Source of the DNA: Myxococcota bacterium
GTDB lineage: Bacteria; Myxococcota_A; Polyangia; Nannocystales; Nannocystaceae
Direction of reading: 5' to 3'
NCBI GenBank assembly: GCA_039028615.1
Contig: JBCCHT010000002.1
Location: 320,001-384,000 of the forward strand
Length of the DNA: 64,000 nt
The notes under the pieces were generated by a model. That model saw only the letters and a program-made list of their open reading frames with translations. It made no database searches and was not told the DNA's origin. Within the stretch, counting starts at the first letter, position 1; each line of letters starts with the position of its first letter. Position numbers and translations under genes: made by a program. Shown in pieces: positions 10,371-22,448 of this stretch.

Positions 10371-11141
10371 TCAGCGGCTGCTGATCGCGGCCCGCATGAG
10401 CTCGCGGTTGAGCGTCACGATGGCGTCGGTGCTGATCTCCTTGGGGCACACCGCTTCGCACTCACCGTGGTTGGTGCAGCCACCGAAGTCGGCACCGTCC
10501 ATGGCCGAGACCATCTTGAGCGCTCGCTCGTTTCGCTCGACCTGCCCCTGCGGGAGCAAGGAGAGGTGGCTGACCTTGGCGCCCACGAAGAGCATGGCCG
10601 ATGCGTTCGGGCACGCGGCCACGCAGGCACCACAGCCGATGCACGCGGCGAAGTCGAAGGCCTCGTCGGCGTTGGACTTGCCGATGGGGATGGCGTTGGC
10701 GTCGGGCGCCGAGCCCGTGCCCACCGAGATGAAGCCGCCCGCGTGCTGGATAGTATCGAAGGCCGTGCGGTCGACCATGAGGTCGCGCAGCACGGGGAAC
10801 GCCTTGGCACGGAAGGGCTCGACGGTGATGGTCTCGCCGTCGCGGAAGCCACGCTGCGCGAACTCTCGCATGTGCAGCTGGCAGGTGGTCGTGCCCGGCC
10901 GCGGACCGTGCGGGACCCCGTCGATCACCATCGAGCAGGTACCGCAGATGCCCTCACGACAGTCGTGATCGAAGGCGATGGGGCCCTCGGGGTACTTCTC
11001 GTGGTTGTGGATGATCTCTTCGTTGAGCACGTCGATGGCCTCGAGGAAGGACATCTCCTCTTCCACCTGGACATCGTAGGTCTTGAACTCGCCCGAGGGG
11101 GCGCCGCTCTTCTGTCGCCAAATTTTGAACTTGACCTTCAT
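10371..11141 (-). CDS. sdhB: Succinate dehydrogenase/fumarate reductase iron-sulfur subunit
   Basis: [34 protein letters not shown]; start [10 protein letters not shown] just after the sdhA stop. Confidence 0.96.
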   Translation of the reverse strand: MKVKFKIWRQKSGAPSGEFKTYDVQVEEEMSFLEAIDVLNEEIIHNHEKYPEGPIAFDHDCREGICGTCSMVIDGVPHGPRPGTTTCQLHMREFAQRGFRDGETITVEPFRAKAFPVLRDLMVDRTAFDTIQHAGGFISVGTGSAPDANAIPIGKSNADEAFDFAACIGCGACVAACPNASAMLFVGAKVSHLSLLPQGQVERNERALKMVSAMDGADFGGCTNHGECEAVCPKEISTDAIVTLNRELMRAAISSR

Positions 11142-11149
11142 CGTTCGGC

Positions 11150-13081
<1,932 letters not shown>

Positions 13082-13117
13082 GGTGTCGGTTGCCTTTGCG
13101 AATGAAGAGGGAGGCGG

Positions 13118-13801
13118 TTAGGCGGAGACGAGCTTGAGCAGGCAGGCCACGGGCACGGCGGCGAAGCCCAGCCCGGTGACCACCGCGATGGCGGGTCCGA
13201 CTTTTTGCAGCGGCTCTTTGAAGCGACCCTTGGCCACGCCCAGGGTGCGGAACATGCTGCTGACCGCGTGGCTGAGGTGCAGCGAGACCGCCACCACCGA
13301 CAGCAGGTAGGTGATGGTGATGACCGGGTTCTGGAAGCTGCGCACGAAGTTCGTGTAGATGTCGCGGCGCCCCATCGCGTCGGTGAGGTCTTCGTAGGCG
13401 ACCACCTCGAGGGTGAAGTGCGCGAGGTGGAAGAGCACGAAGGCCACCACCACCCAGCCGGTGAGGATCATGCTGCGCCCCCACGGCGTGCTGCGTTGCG
13501 CCTTGAGCGCGGCGTACCGGTTCGGGCGCGCGGCGACGTTGCGGGCGGTGAGCTTGACCGCGCACGCGATGTGGATGCCGATCATCGCGACCAAGCCGAG
13601 GCGAGCGCCCCATTTGATCCCACCCAGCCCTTGCATGAAGGCGGCGTAGTCGTTGTACGCGTCTTGCCCGGCAAAGACCTGGAGATGGCCCGCCATGTGC
13701 TGGAGCAGGAATCCGACCATGGCCAGTCCGGTGACGGCCATGATGACCTTCAAACCGAGAGTGGAATTCCAGGCGGACGATGAGGAAGTGGAAGCGCTCA
13801 T
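13118..13801 (-). CDS. sdhC: Succinate dehydrogenase cytochrome b subunit (b558 family)
   Basis: KVIMAVTG motif, five TM helices, heme-ligand His residues; first gene of sdhCAB. Confidence 0.93.
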   Translation of the reverse strand: MSASTSSSSAWNSTLGLKVIMAVTGLAMVGFLLQHMAGHLQVFAGQDAYNDYAAFMQGLGGIKWGARLGLVAMIGIHIACAVKLTARNVAARPNRYAALKAQRSTPWGRSMILTGWVVVAFVLFHLAHFTLEVVAYEDLTDAMGRRDIYTNFVRSFQNPVITITYLLSVVAVSLHLSHAVSSMFRTLGVAKGRFKEPLQKVGPAIAVVTGLGFAAVPVACLLKLVSA

Positions 13802-14202
13802 GGCAGTTCGGTCCCCGATGTGAGGGCGCGGCCTGGAGTTTTTCCTCCAGGAGCCCCCTGAAGGAGGCATCTACCACACTCGGAGCCCCGGCACCGCGCG
13901 CAAGGCCAAGTGCGCGAAAGATGCGGGGGTAGACCCACATCGTGGCTGCACCGTCCGAGTCGGCGCCGTGGCCGACTCAGAGGTGCGCAGGGGCGTCTAT
14001 CTGCCCGCGGACCGAAGTTTCGGGGTCGAGCGCGGCCCGACCCGAAGGGGGGAAGACGCACATTCGAGATCTCCCGCCGATGCCGCTCGATCAACCTGGG
14101 CATAATTCCGGCGCGGCGGCGTTTCCTCCAGGCCCCGTGCCGAATGCCCGTGCCCACGCTCATCCTCCCGACGGCTCAGGACCTCCCGCGAGACCACGGC
14201 CC

Positions 14203-16062
14203 ATGAGCGCGGTCGACCCATCGGGCGCATCGCTGTCCCTCGGTGAGCATCTCGGGCAAGGAGCCGTCGCCACCGTACGCCGGGTCCATGGCCCCGGCGG
14301 GCGGGTCTACGCGGGCAAGCTGCTGCACGAATCCCACGAGCGCGACGCGGCCTCTCGCGCCCGGTTCGCGCAAGAGGCCGAGCTGCTCGAAGGCCTGTCC
14401 CACCCCAACCTGGTCGGCTTCCACGGCCTGGTCGACATCGAGGGTCGGCGGGTGCTGCTGATGGAGCTGGTCGAAGGGCCCACGCTGGCGGAGGTCATCG
14501 CCCGCGAGACGACCCTCGACCCCGCGCGCGTGCAGCAGCTCGGTCGGGGCTTGGCCGCCGGCCTGGCCTACGCGCATCGGGCCGGCATCGTGCACCGCGA
14601 CCTCAAGCCCAGCAACGTGCTGCTCGCGGGCGGCACCGAGCCCAAGATCGCCGACTTCGGCATGGCGCGCGCGACCTCGCTGTCCGGGGTCGGCTCCCAG
14701 GGCCTGACCGTGCTGGGCACGCCCGACTACATGGCGCCCGAGTGCCTCGACCCGCTGGCGGTCGACGCCCGCACCGATCTGTACGCGCTCGGCTGCATCT
14801 TGTTCGAGATGCTCGCCGGGCGCCCGCCGTTTTCTTCGGCCACGCCGCTCGGCTTGCTCAAGGCCCACCGCGACCACGACGTGCCGGCTCTACCCACGAG
14901 CGTGCCCGCGCCCCTGCGCACGCTCGTGACGTCGCTGCTCGCCAAGACCCCGGGCGACCGCCCGCAGGCGGCCGAGTCCGTGCGCGACGCCCTCGATGCA
15001 ATGCTCGACCCCTCGAGCGACGCGGCCGGGTCCACCGCGCTCGCGGTGGCGTCGTCCGCCGCGCCGCCCACCGTCGCCCGCGGTCGCTGTGTCGCCTGTG
15101 GAGCCCCGCTGGTGACCGCGCTCGGCCAGTGCATCGATTGCGGCCACGAGATCGCCCACCTGGAGGCCGGCCGCTGGTCGGTGCTCGTGACCGGGCCGGG
15201 TGAACCCGGCGACAAGCTCGACGCCACCCTGCGCGAGCGCCTGCGCCAGTGGTTCGAGGACAACCCCGAGCTGGGCCTCGAGCCCGCCGACAACCTCGTC
15301 AAGAAGATCCCCCGGGTCCCCTTCCCCATCACCACCAAGGTCTCCGAGCGCAGCGGGGCGAGCTTGGTCCGCGCCCTGCAGCGCCTCGGGCTGGAGGCCA
15401 CCGCCGTCCGGGGCGGGCCCATGGCGTACAAGCCCATGCGAGCCAAGTCGCGCACGCTGATGGGTCGCATGGCGCTCATCATGACGAGCTTCATGAGCGG
15501 CCTGTGGCAGACGGGCTGGGCCGCGGGCATCGTGATGGTGGGCTTGTTCGTCGCGGCCGGGGTCATGGTGGCCAATGCCAACCGCCGGGTGACGCGGCAG
15601 CTCGCCAACAATCGCCAGCCGCTGCCCGAGCCGGTCCGCAAGGCGCTCGAGCAGACCCGCGAGGCCCTGCCCGCGATCCAAGAGCGACGTCATCGCCAAG
15701 GTCTGCGAGCGGTGCTCACCCGCGTGGTCGACCTCGCCCGGGACACCGCCAGCGACGACCCCGAAGCCGCCCAAGAGCTCGTGCAGGCGGTCAATGCCGC
15801 CGTCGCGGCCGCGGCTCGGCTCGACGCTCTCGACCGTGAGCTCGCGGCGATGGACCAGGACAGCGCCACCCAGCACGCCCGCGCGACTCTGCACGCGCGC
15901 GACACCTGGGCCTCGCGGCTGCTATCGCTGACCGCCACCCTCGACACGCTCGCGTCCCGCCGGGCCGCCGCCGGGGCCCGACGGGGGCTCGCCGACGACG
16001 AAGAGACGCTCGATCAGCTGCGTGCCCACGTGGAGGCGCTCGAGGAGGTCCAGAACGCATGA
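14203..16062 (+). CDS. Ser/Thr kinase with Zn ribbon, L7/L12-like domain, TM hairpin and helical C-terminus
   Basis: GQGAVA, AGK, HRDLKPSN, DFG, GTPDYMAPE; CVAC...CIDC; hydrophobic segments; ATG 14203 preferred over the longer ORF start. Confidence 0.88.
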   Translation: MSAVDPSGASLSLGEHLGQGAVATVRRVHGPGGRVYAGKLLHESHERDAASRARFAQEAELLEGLSHPNLVGFHGLVDIEGRRVLLMELVEGPTLAEVIARETTLDPARVQQLGRGLAAGLAYAHRAGIVHRDLKPSNVLLAGGTEPKIADFGMARATSLSGVGSQGLTVLGTPDYMAPECLDPLAVDARTDLYALGCILFEMLAGRPPFSSATPLGLLKAHRDHDVPALPTSVPAPLRTLVTSLLAKTPGDRPQAAESVRDALDAMLDPSSDAAGSTALAVASSAAPPTVARGRCVACGAPLVTALGQCIDCGHEIAHLEAGRWSVLVTGPGEPGDKLDATLRERLRQWFEDNPELGLEPADNLVKKIPRVPFPITTKVSERSGASLVRALQRLGLEATAVRGGPMAYKPMRAKSRTLMGRMALIMTSFMSGLWQTGWAAGIVMVGLFVAAGVMVANANRRVTRQLANNRQPLPEPVRKALEQTREALPAIQERRHRQGLRAVLTRVVDLARDTASDDPEAAQELVQAVNAAVAAAARLDALDRELAAMDQDSATQHARATLHARDTWASRLLSLTATLDTLASRRAAAGARRGLADDEETLDQLRAHVEALEEVQNA

Positions 16063-18077
16063 ATGCCCTGCCCCAACGACTCGGCCTCGAGGTCATCGAA
16101 GGCCCCGCGCGCATCGGCTCCGAGCTTCGCTGGCGGGTACAGCACGAAGGCCGCCCCGCCCTGCTGGCCCAGCTGCTCCCCGAGCTCGCCCACGACCCCG
16201 CCGTACGCCGTCGCTACGTGCGGGACGTGGAGCGACTGCGAGGCCTGGGCTTGGCCGGGCTGGCGCCGACGCGGAAGACCGGGCCCGAGCCGGATCCTCG
16301 CGCTCCCGAGGCGCCGCCGCCGTGGCGCCTGCGCGACGACCCCGAGGGCGAGACGCTCGAACACTGGCTCACCCGGCGTGCACCCGCGCCCGTCGACGAG
16401 GTCGCGCGGCTCGGAGCGGCGCTGGCCGAGCTGGTGCATCGACTGCATGGTCGGGGCGCCGTCGTGCGCAACCTCGACCCCAGCCACGTGGTGCTCGCTG
16501 CCGACGATCGACTGTGGCTCACGGATGTCGGCCTCGCGCGCGTCGACGTGCTCTCCACGCGCACCGCGGCCAGCCTCATCCTCGAGGGCTCGCCCTACAC
16601 CGCGCCCGAGCTGCTCACCGAGACGGTCGTCGACCAGCGGGCGGACCTGTACGGCTTGGGCACGATCTTGTTTCGCGCGGTCACGGGCATGCTGCCCTAC
16701 GGCGACTCGAACTCCCTGCTGCGCCCCACCGAGCCGCCGCCGCGGGCCTCGACCCTCCGCCCGGACATCCCCGCCGGCTTCGATGAACTCATCGCACGCT
16801 GCCTCGACCACGACCCCGCCGCGCGCCCCGACAGCGCCGCACAGCTGGCCGAGATTCTCGGCGGGCGATCGAACCTGCCGTCGCGGGAGGCTCGCGTCCC
16901 CTGCCAGGAATGCGGCACCCCCCTGCGGCCCGGCCAGCGCTTGTGCACCCACTGTGGAAAGCTCGCCGTGCAGTTCGTCCCCGCGACGACCCCCGACGAG
17001 GGGCACGAGATCGTCCTGCGCAAGATCGACGAAGGCGCCGAGGCCCGCGCCAAGCTCGAGCGCATCTTGGGCGCCGTCTCCGACGGGCCGCTACCGCCGC
17101 TGAACTTCGTGGTCGGCGACGCCCGCATGTACTCCAAGGGCGAGCGCAAGGCGTTCATCACCCTGCCCGCGCGCCTGGTCTCGGGCCTGTCCGAGTCGAG
17201 CGCACACGCCCTCAATCAGAGACTGGCCGACGCCGGCCTCCACACGCGCGTCGTGGCCCCGCGAGGGCCCACGGCCGGCTTGGCGCCCCGGGAAAAGCGA
17301 GGGCTCGCCATCGGAGCGGCCGCCTCGGTCGCCGCCATCTTGGGGGCGTTCGTCCTCGCGGTCGGGGAGGCCGGCTTGAGCATGGCCGTGGTCATCGCCG
17401 GCGTCATGACCCTGGTCGCGGCCGCGATCCTGGTGTCGGTCGGCCTCGTGCTGCGCCACCGAGAGAAGCGCAAGAAGAAAGACCCGGTCGTCGCGTTGCG
17501 ACCCACGCCGGCCGCCCTGCCCGCGTCCGATCCCTTGGTGGCTCGACTCGCGGCGCTGCTGACCGGCGACCCGCCGCCCGATCTCCGCGAGCAGGTCGGC
17601 GAGCTCGCCCTGGCCGTGCAGCGGCTGGTGGATCACCGCGCCCACAACCGGGCCGAAGCCGACGAGATCGATGCCGTCACCGCGCCCGTGGCTCAGCTGG
17701 TCTCGCTCATCGAGGGTCAGGTGCAGGCGATCCGCCGTATCGACCTCGAGCTGGGCACGCTCGACGAAGGCGCCCTGGTTCGGGCCCTCGCTGCCGCGGA
17801 AGCCCGCGGAGACGCGCCCGCGGCTCGCGAGACGCTGCTCGAGGGGCTCGACCGCCTCCGTGCCCTCGAGGACGCGCGTGCCCGCCGTTTTCATCGCTTG
17901 CTCGAAGCCACGCACCTCGCCCGCCGCTCGGTGGAGCTCGGCCTCGCGGTGCACGATGGCCAGGCCGAGCACGAACGACATGTCGCCCAGGCCCTCGCTG
18001 CCCTCGAACGAGAGCTGGGCGAAGACGTCGACGCTTCGTCATCTCCCGCGGCGCTGCCCGCAGCCGCGGCCGGCTGA
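16059..18077 (+). CDS. Pseudokinase with the same architecture as the upstream kinase
   Basis: Retains GSPYTAPE and DLYGLG, but HRD is VRN, DFG is DVG, and the Gly loop and VAIK Lys are absent; CQEC...CTHC; two TMs; ATGA overlap with the upstream gene. Confidence 0.85.
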   Translation: MNALPQRLGLEVIEGPARIGSELRWRVQHEGRPALLAQLLPELAHDPAVRRRYVRDVERLRGLGLAGLAPTRKTGPEPDPRAPEAPPPWRLRDDPEGETLEHWLTRRAPAPVDEVARLGAALAELVHRLHGRGAVVRNLDPSHVVLAADDRLWLTDVGLARVDVLSTRTAASLILEGSPYTAPELLTETVVDQRADLYGLGTILFRAVTGMLPYGDSNSLLRPTEPPPRASTLRPDIPAGFDELIARCLDHDPAARPDSAAQLAEILGGRSNLPSREARVPCQECGTPLRPGQRLCTHCGKLAVQFVPATTPDEGHEIVLRKIDEGAEARAKLERILGAVSDGPLPPLNFVVGDARMYSKGERKAFITLPARLVSGLSESSAHALNQRLADAGLHTRVVAPRGPTAGLAPREKRGLAIGAAASVAAILGAFVLAVGEAGLSMAVVIAGVMTLVAAAILVSVGLVLRHREKRKKKDPVVALRPTPAALPASDPLVARLAALLTGDPPPDLREQVGELALAVQRLVDHRAHNRAEADEIDAVTAPVAQLVSLIEGQVQAIRRIDLELGTLDEGALVRALAAAEARGDAPAARETLLEGLDRLRALEDARARRFHRLLEATHLARRSVELGLAVHDGQAEHERHVAQALAALERELGEDVDASSSPAALPAAAAG

Positions 18078-18078
18078 G

Positions 18079-18711
18079 CTACCCGCAGACCTCGCCGAGC
18101 CCGGTGAGGTTGTAGCAAGTCATGCCGATGGGACAGGTGGCTCCGCCCGCGCAGTCGAGGGCGCAGGCGGTGTCGGGCAGGTCGTTGACCACGATCGAGA
18201 CGCAGACGGGCACCGCGGTGCCGCCCGGCGACGGGTCACAATCGACCGCGGCGTTGGTGCACGCGACCGCGGAGCAAAAACCGTCGATCACCACGCCCCC
18301 GGCGTCGCTGATGGTGATGCACAGGTTCGGCAAGAAGCCACACTCGTCGCCGACGGTGCACGGCGCGTACATGCCCATGTCGGGCTGCATCCCGCTGCCA
18401 CCGCCGCCGTCGTCGGTGCTGCCGACCGTGGTGACCCCCGTGGTCGTGCCCACGACTCCGTCGCCGCTGCTGTCGGCCATGCCCGTCGTGGTCTCGCCGC
18501 CCTCCGAGGACCCACCACCCGAGCCCTCCGTCGCGGCGTCCTCCGTGCCCGATCCAGAGGGCTCCCCCGTCTCCGTGCCCGGAGTCATGGTCGTGACCGG
18601 AGCCGCGGCCGTCGCAAAGGGACTATTGCCGTCGGTCTCGACGACCGTGCACGCGAGCGACGACGCCCCGGCGAACATCAGTCCAACAACCTCGAATCGA
18701 ACCCCTACCAC
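18079..18711 (-). CDS. Cys-rich lipoprotein
   Basis: Lipobox-like SLAC, Thr/Gly/Ser linker, C-terminal domain with ten Cys. Confidence 0.8.
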   Translation of the reverse strand: MVGVRFEVVGLMFAGASSLACTVVETDGNSPFATAAAPVTTMTPGTETGEPSGSGTEDAATEGSGGGSSEGGETTTGMADSSGDGVVGTTTGVTTVGSTDDGGGGSGMQPDMGMYAPCTVGDECGFLPNLCITISDAGGVVIDGFCSAVACTNAAVDCDPSPGGTAVPVCVSIVVNDLPDTACALDCAGGATCPIGMTCYNLTGLGEVCG

Positions 18712-18736
18712 CCGATCACGATAGCGTAGACGGCAA

Positions 18737-18761
18737 GGAACCGAGCCGACCGCTCGGTTCC
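18737..18761 (-). terminator. Terminator-like hairpin downstream of the vWA gene
   Basis: GGAACCGAGC-cgacc-GCTCGGTTCC perfect 10-bp stem; only a short T run follows. Confidence 0.5.
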
Positions 18762-18778
18762 CATTGTGGCCGGTCGGG

Positions 18779-20311
18779 TCAATTACCGTGCAAGAGCTGG
18801 TACGCCTGGTTGTGGTTTTCTCGCACGCTGCGGGCCTGAGCTTCGAGACCGTCGTTCGGGAACGGCTGCGGCCTCGGGCTCACCGCAGTCGGTGCGCCCT
18901 TGGTCATGGGCCTCGGCCGTGGGTGGGATTTCTTCTTGGGTCGGCGTTGATGCGAGACCTTGGGCGGCGGCGGCGGAGCGAGGCCCTCGAGCGTGGGCTC
19001 GAGCTCGACCAGGCCGTCGACCAGCCGGGACAGCTCTGCATCGGGCATGTCCTCGAGGAGCGCTCGCGCTTGCGCAATGGTGCTGCCCACCAGCGTCTTC
19101 GCGGCCGGCACCTGACCGGAGCGCGCCATGGAGACCGCCTGTAGCGTGGCGGCGGCAGTCGTGGCCCGGGCGGCAGCCACCGCCACTTCGAGGTCCACGC
19201 CCTCGGCCAGGGCCCCCTCGTCGGCGGTCGCTTTGGCGGACACGAAGGTCCGCTCGACCATGCCCTGGCCCGCCCTCGCGTCGGTGTAGTTGACCACCCC
19301 GTCGAGCAGCTCCACGGTGGCGCCGTCGCGATGGGATCCGATGCCCAGCTTCACCAGCAGGGTCCGCTCTTCGTGCTCGGCCAGGTCGGGGAGCCGCAGC
19401 ACGTAGCCGCGACCGTTTTGGCTCATCCCCTGATGCGTGGAGCCATAGCCCGGCACCTCGAGCACGCTGACCCCGGGCCCCGGGTTGAGCGTCACGGAGA
19501 CCCCCGTCGCGGCGAGCCGCTCGAGCCCCAGCACTTCGTCGCGGAACACGGCGGCGACCATCTCGGGCTCTTCCACGAAGTGAAAGCGTCCGCCCGTGGT
19601 CTGGGCGATGCGACCCAGCAGGGTCTCGTGGAACTCGAGCCCCAGGCCCAGCGTAGTGATGGGCACGCCGACTTGAGCCACGGTTTGGTTCACCGCCGCT
19701 TCGTCGTTGGGCACGCCGTCGCTGACGAGGACGAGGCGATTGATCTCGTACTTGGGCGCCTGCAGCTGCACCTGGTACCAGCCCATCGCGAGGCCCTCGC
19801 TCAGGCTCGTGGTGCCCGAGGCTTCCATGGCCTCGATGGCCTCGACGATGGCCGGCTTGGTCTCGGGCGAGACGGCGGTCGCGGGCACCAGCACCTCCGC
19901 GACCGAGCCGAAGGACACCAAGCTGAAGGAGTCACCGTCGTGCAGATCGTCCAGCAGGGTCAGCGCGGCGTCGCGAGCCTGGTCGATGGCCTCGCCCGCC
20001 ATGGATCCCGAGGTATCGACGACGATGCCGATGTTCGCGGCGGGCCGGGGGACGTCCTCGAGCTCGGGGCTCCGCACCCCGATGCGAACCCAGCGCTCGC
20101 TCGGCGCGTCCGCGGCCACGAAGCGGTTGTCCAGCCGAGATCCGAGCTGGAGCTCGATGGGCTCCACGCCGGCGTCGGGGACCGCGAGCGCTTCCTCGAC
20201 GCCCTGGCCCGGGTCGGGACTCACCGGAGGGTGATGAGCATTGCGCGGAGTACAGGCGGGCATCACAAAGGCCGCCGCAAGGACCAACAGGGATAGGCTT
20301 CGTCGTCGCAT
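18779..20311 (-). CDS. von Willebrand factor A domain lipoprotein (YfbK-like)
   Basis: Signal peptide ending MPAC; MIDAS DTSGSM, GTT and LVSDG motifs. Confidence 0.9.
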   Translation of the reverse strand: MRRRSLSLLVLAAAFVMPACTPRNAHHPPVSPDPGQGVEEALAVPDAGVEPIELQLGSRLDNRFVAADAPSERWVRIGVRSPELEDVPRPAANIGIVVDTSGSMAGEAIDQARDAALTLLDDLHDGDSFSLVSFGSVAEVLVPATAVSPETKPAIVEAIEAMEASGTTSLSEGLAMGWYQVQLQAPKYEINRLVLVSDGVPNDEAAVNQTVAQVGVPITTLGLGLEFHETLLGRIAQTTGGRFHFVEEPEMVAAVFRDEVLGLERLAATGVSVTLNPGPGVSVLEVPGYGSTHQGMSQNGRGYVLRLPDLAEHEERTLLVKLGIGSHRDGATVELLDGVVNYTDARAGQGMVERTFVSAKATADEGALAEGVDLEVAVAAARATTAAATLQAVSMARSGQVPAAKTLVGSTIAQARALLEDMPDAELSRLVDGLVELEPTLEGLAPPPPPKVSHQRRPKKKSHPRPRPMTKGAPTAVSPRPQPFPNDGLEAQARSVRENHNQAYQLLHGN

Positions 20312-20531
20312 CAAAAACGCGTTCCGGGCCCCGAACGCCGGCCGCCATGGCCGGCTTACGGGCAAAGATCCAGACAGTCGGGTTCACGGAACGCACCACC
20401 GCGGGAACCGGCCTGGGCTCCATCACTTTCGCCCCTCCCGCTACGCGTGTTCAGGGATCCGCGGATGGCCGCAGGCCCTCCGAGACCGGTTTGGAGCGTT
20501 GTTCGGGCCCGCGTGATATCGTCGATGACTG

Positions 20532-22448
20532 ATGACGGCATCGTCTGCGGCAGACCAAGCGGGAACGAACCTCGTGTTGGTGTGCTGCGCTCGCGAAGAC
20601 GCCGAGCCCTTGAGCGAGACGCTCAGCGTGCTGCGCGAGGACGGGCTGGAGGTCGAGCTGGTCGAAGGGCTCGACGAAGACGCCAAGCGACTGACCGCGG
20701 TCATCGAAAAGCACGGGGGCGCCGGCCTCTACGTGCTGTGCCGCAGCCCTCGCCTCGGCCGCGAACAGGTGGAAGAGCTGCGCGAGCTGCTGCTGGCCCG
20801 CCACGTCCCCTTCGCCCGCACGCTGACGGTGGCCGTCGGTGGCCGAGGGGCGCTGGCCGATCGCATTCGCTCCGGGCTGCGTCGATCGAGCACGCGGGGC
20901 GGCGGGAGCAGCCGCAGCGCCGCTTCGTCCCGAGGAGCCTCGGCGCGCGCCAGCTCGGGTCGCGTGTCGATCACGCCCACGGACACCACGGAGGACGAAG
21001 AGCCGACGCTCGTGGGGCGCCGCGATGCCCTGGGCACGACCCCGCCTTCGCCTCCCAGACCTCCCGCCAAGCCCCGGCCTCCGTCGGGGACTTCGGCCGT
21101 CAACAAGCGCCCACCCGCGCCTCCGCGCCCGCCCGCCTCGGCCAGCAAACCGCCGGCCCCCTCGAAGCCGCCGCCGCCGCCCGCACCGGATGCCGCGGAC
21201 TCGATGGTGGCCACGGCGACCGAGTCGATGATCGAGGAGATCGAGACCTCGCCCGAGGACACTTCGCTGAGCAATCCGCGGATCTCGATGTCGGACCTCG
21301 ACCTGTCGGACCTCGACGACTCGATCACCGACATGCGCATGCCGGCGGAGGAGAGCACCTCCGAAGGGCAGCTGACCGCACAGATCTCCGGCGACACCGT
21401 GATCGGGCCGATGCCCGCGATGATCACGGGCGACACGCTCACGGGTGAGAAGATCCCGGAAGACTTCCGCAAGAAGATGGCCGCGCTGGGCGGCGTATGG
21501 CCCGAGCCGCGCCCCGCGACGACCGAGCCCGCGCCCGCGCTGCCTGCTCCCGAGTCGACGCCGACCGCCGCCGACTCGGGCGAGGCCTTCGCGCCCTCCC
21601 TGCCGGAGTTCTCCGACTCGGCCGCGCACGAGACCAACCCGGCGGCGGAAGACGTCACTCGACCCGGGTCCTCGGAGGACTCGAACGCGGCCCCGGCTCT
21701 GCCTCCACCGGATGAGGCGGAGGACGTGGCCACGGTACCCGTGCCCGCACTGACCACGCCGAGACCCGTGGTGGCCACGAATAGCTCGCCGCTGGAATCG
21801 ACCGTGCCCACTCCGGTGGTCCAGGCCTCGAACGAGCCCGGCCCCGCACCGGTCGGGCCGTCCTTTGCGAGCAGCTCGGGTTCGCTGCCGAGCTGGCTGC
21901 CGTGGGCGCTGGGCGGAGCCGCCGTGCTGCTGTTGTGCGTGGTGGTGGCGGTCGCCGCGTGGCCCGACGACGAGCCGGACGAGGTCGCCAGCAACGAGGC
22001 GACCTCCGAGCCCAAAGACGACGACGCACCGAAGCCCGAGGCCGACCCGACCCCGGAGAAGAAAGCCGAAGCCGCACCGCCGGTGAAGCCGCCGCCGCCC
22101 AAGACCTACCCGGTGCTCGCCGCGCTGCGCACTCGGCAGGTCCGCGCCCTCGACGTCCTGCTGGTCGCCACCGAGACCTCGAACGCCGACGACCACGCCG
22201 CCGCGAGCCAATACTGCGAGGCGCTGGAGATCGCCGGACTCGGCGGCTGGCGCCTCCCCGATGTGGGCGAGCTACGCTCTTTGAGCGACGCCCAGATGAT
22301 CCAATCGAACAAGTACTACTGGTCGGCCACGGCCGCCGACCTCTTCGGCGACACCCACCTGGCCTGGTACGGGCGGCGCAAGTACGCCAAGCCCCACGCC
22401 AAGGCTGCGCTGACCCAGTGCGTGCGCGGGAGCTCGAGCGACTCGTGA
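20532..22448 (+). CDS. Single-pass membrane protein: TIR-like N-terminus, long disordered linker, TM, Lcl/DUF1566-like C-terminus
   Basis: N-terminal LVLVCCARED...LREDGLEV...LYVLCRS; TM WALGGAAVLLLCVVVAVAAW; C-terminal YCEAL..AGLGGWRLPDVGELRSL...YYWSAT. Confidence 0.8.
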   Translation: MTASSAADQAGTNLVLVCCAREDAEPLSETLSVLREDGLEVELVEGLDEDAKRLTAVIEKHGGAGLYVLCRSPRLGREQVEELRELLLARHVPFARTLTVAVGGRGALADRIRSGLRRSSTRGGGSSRSAASSRGASARASSGRVSITPTDTTEDEEPTLVGRRDALGTTPPSPPRPPAKPRPPSGTSAVNKRPPAPPRPPASASKPPAPSKPPPPPAPDAADSMVATATESMIEEIETSPEDTSLSNPRISMSDLDLSDLDDSITDMRMPAEESTSEGQLTAQISGDTVIGPMPAMITGDTLTGEKIPEDFRKKMAALGGVWPEPRPATTEPAPALPAPESTPTAADSGEAFAPSLPEFSDSAAHETNPAAEDVTRPGSSEDSNAAPALPPPDEAEDVATVPVPALTTPRPVVATNSSPLESTVPTPVVQASNEPGPAPVGPSFASSSGSLPSWLPWALGGAAVLLLCVVVAVAAWPDDEPDEVASNEATSEPKDDDAPKPEADPTPEKKAEAAPPVKPPPPKTYPVLAALRTRQVRALDVLLVATETSNADDHAAASQYCEALEIAGLGGWRLPDVGELRSLSDAQMIQSNKYYWSATAADLFGDTHLAWYGRRKYAKPHAKAALTQCVRGSSSDS

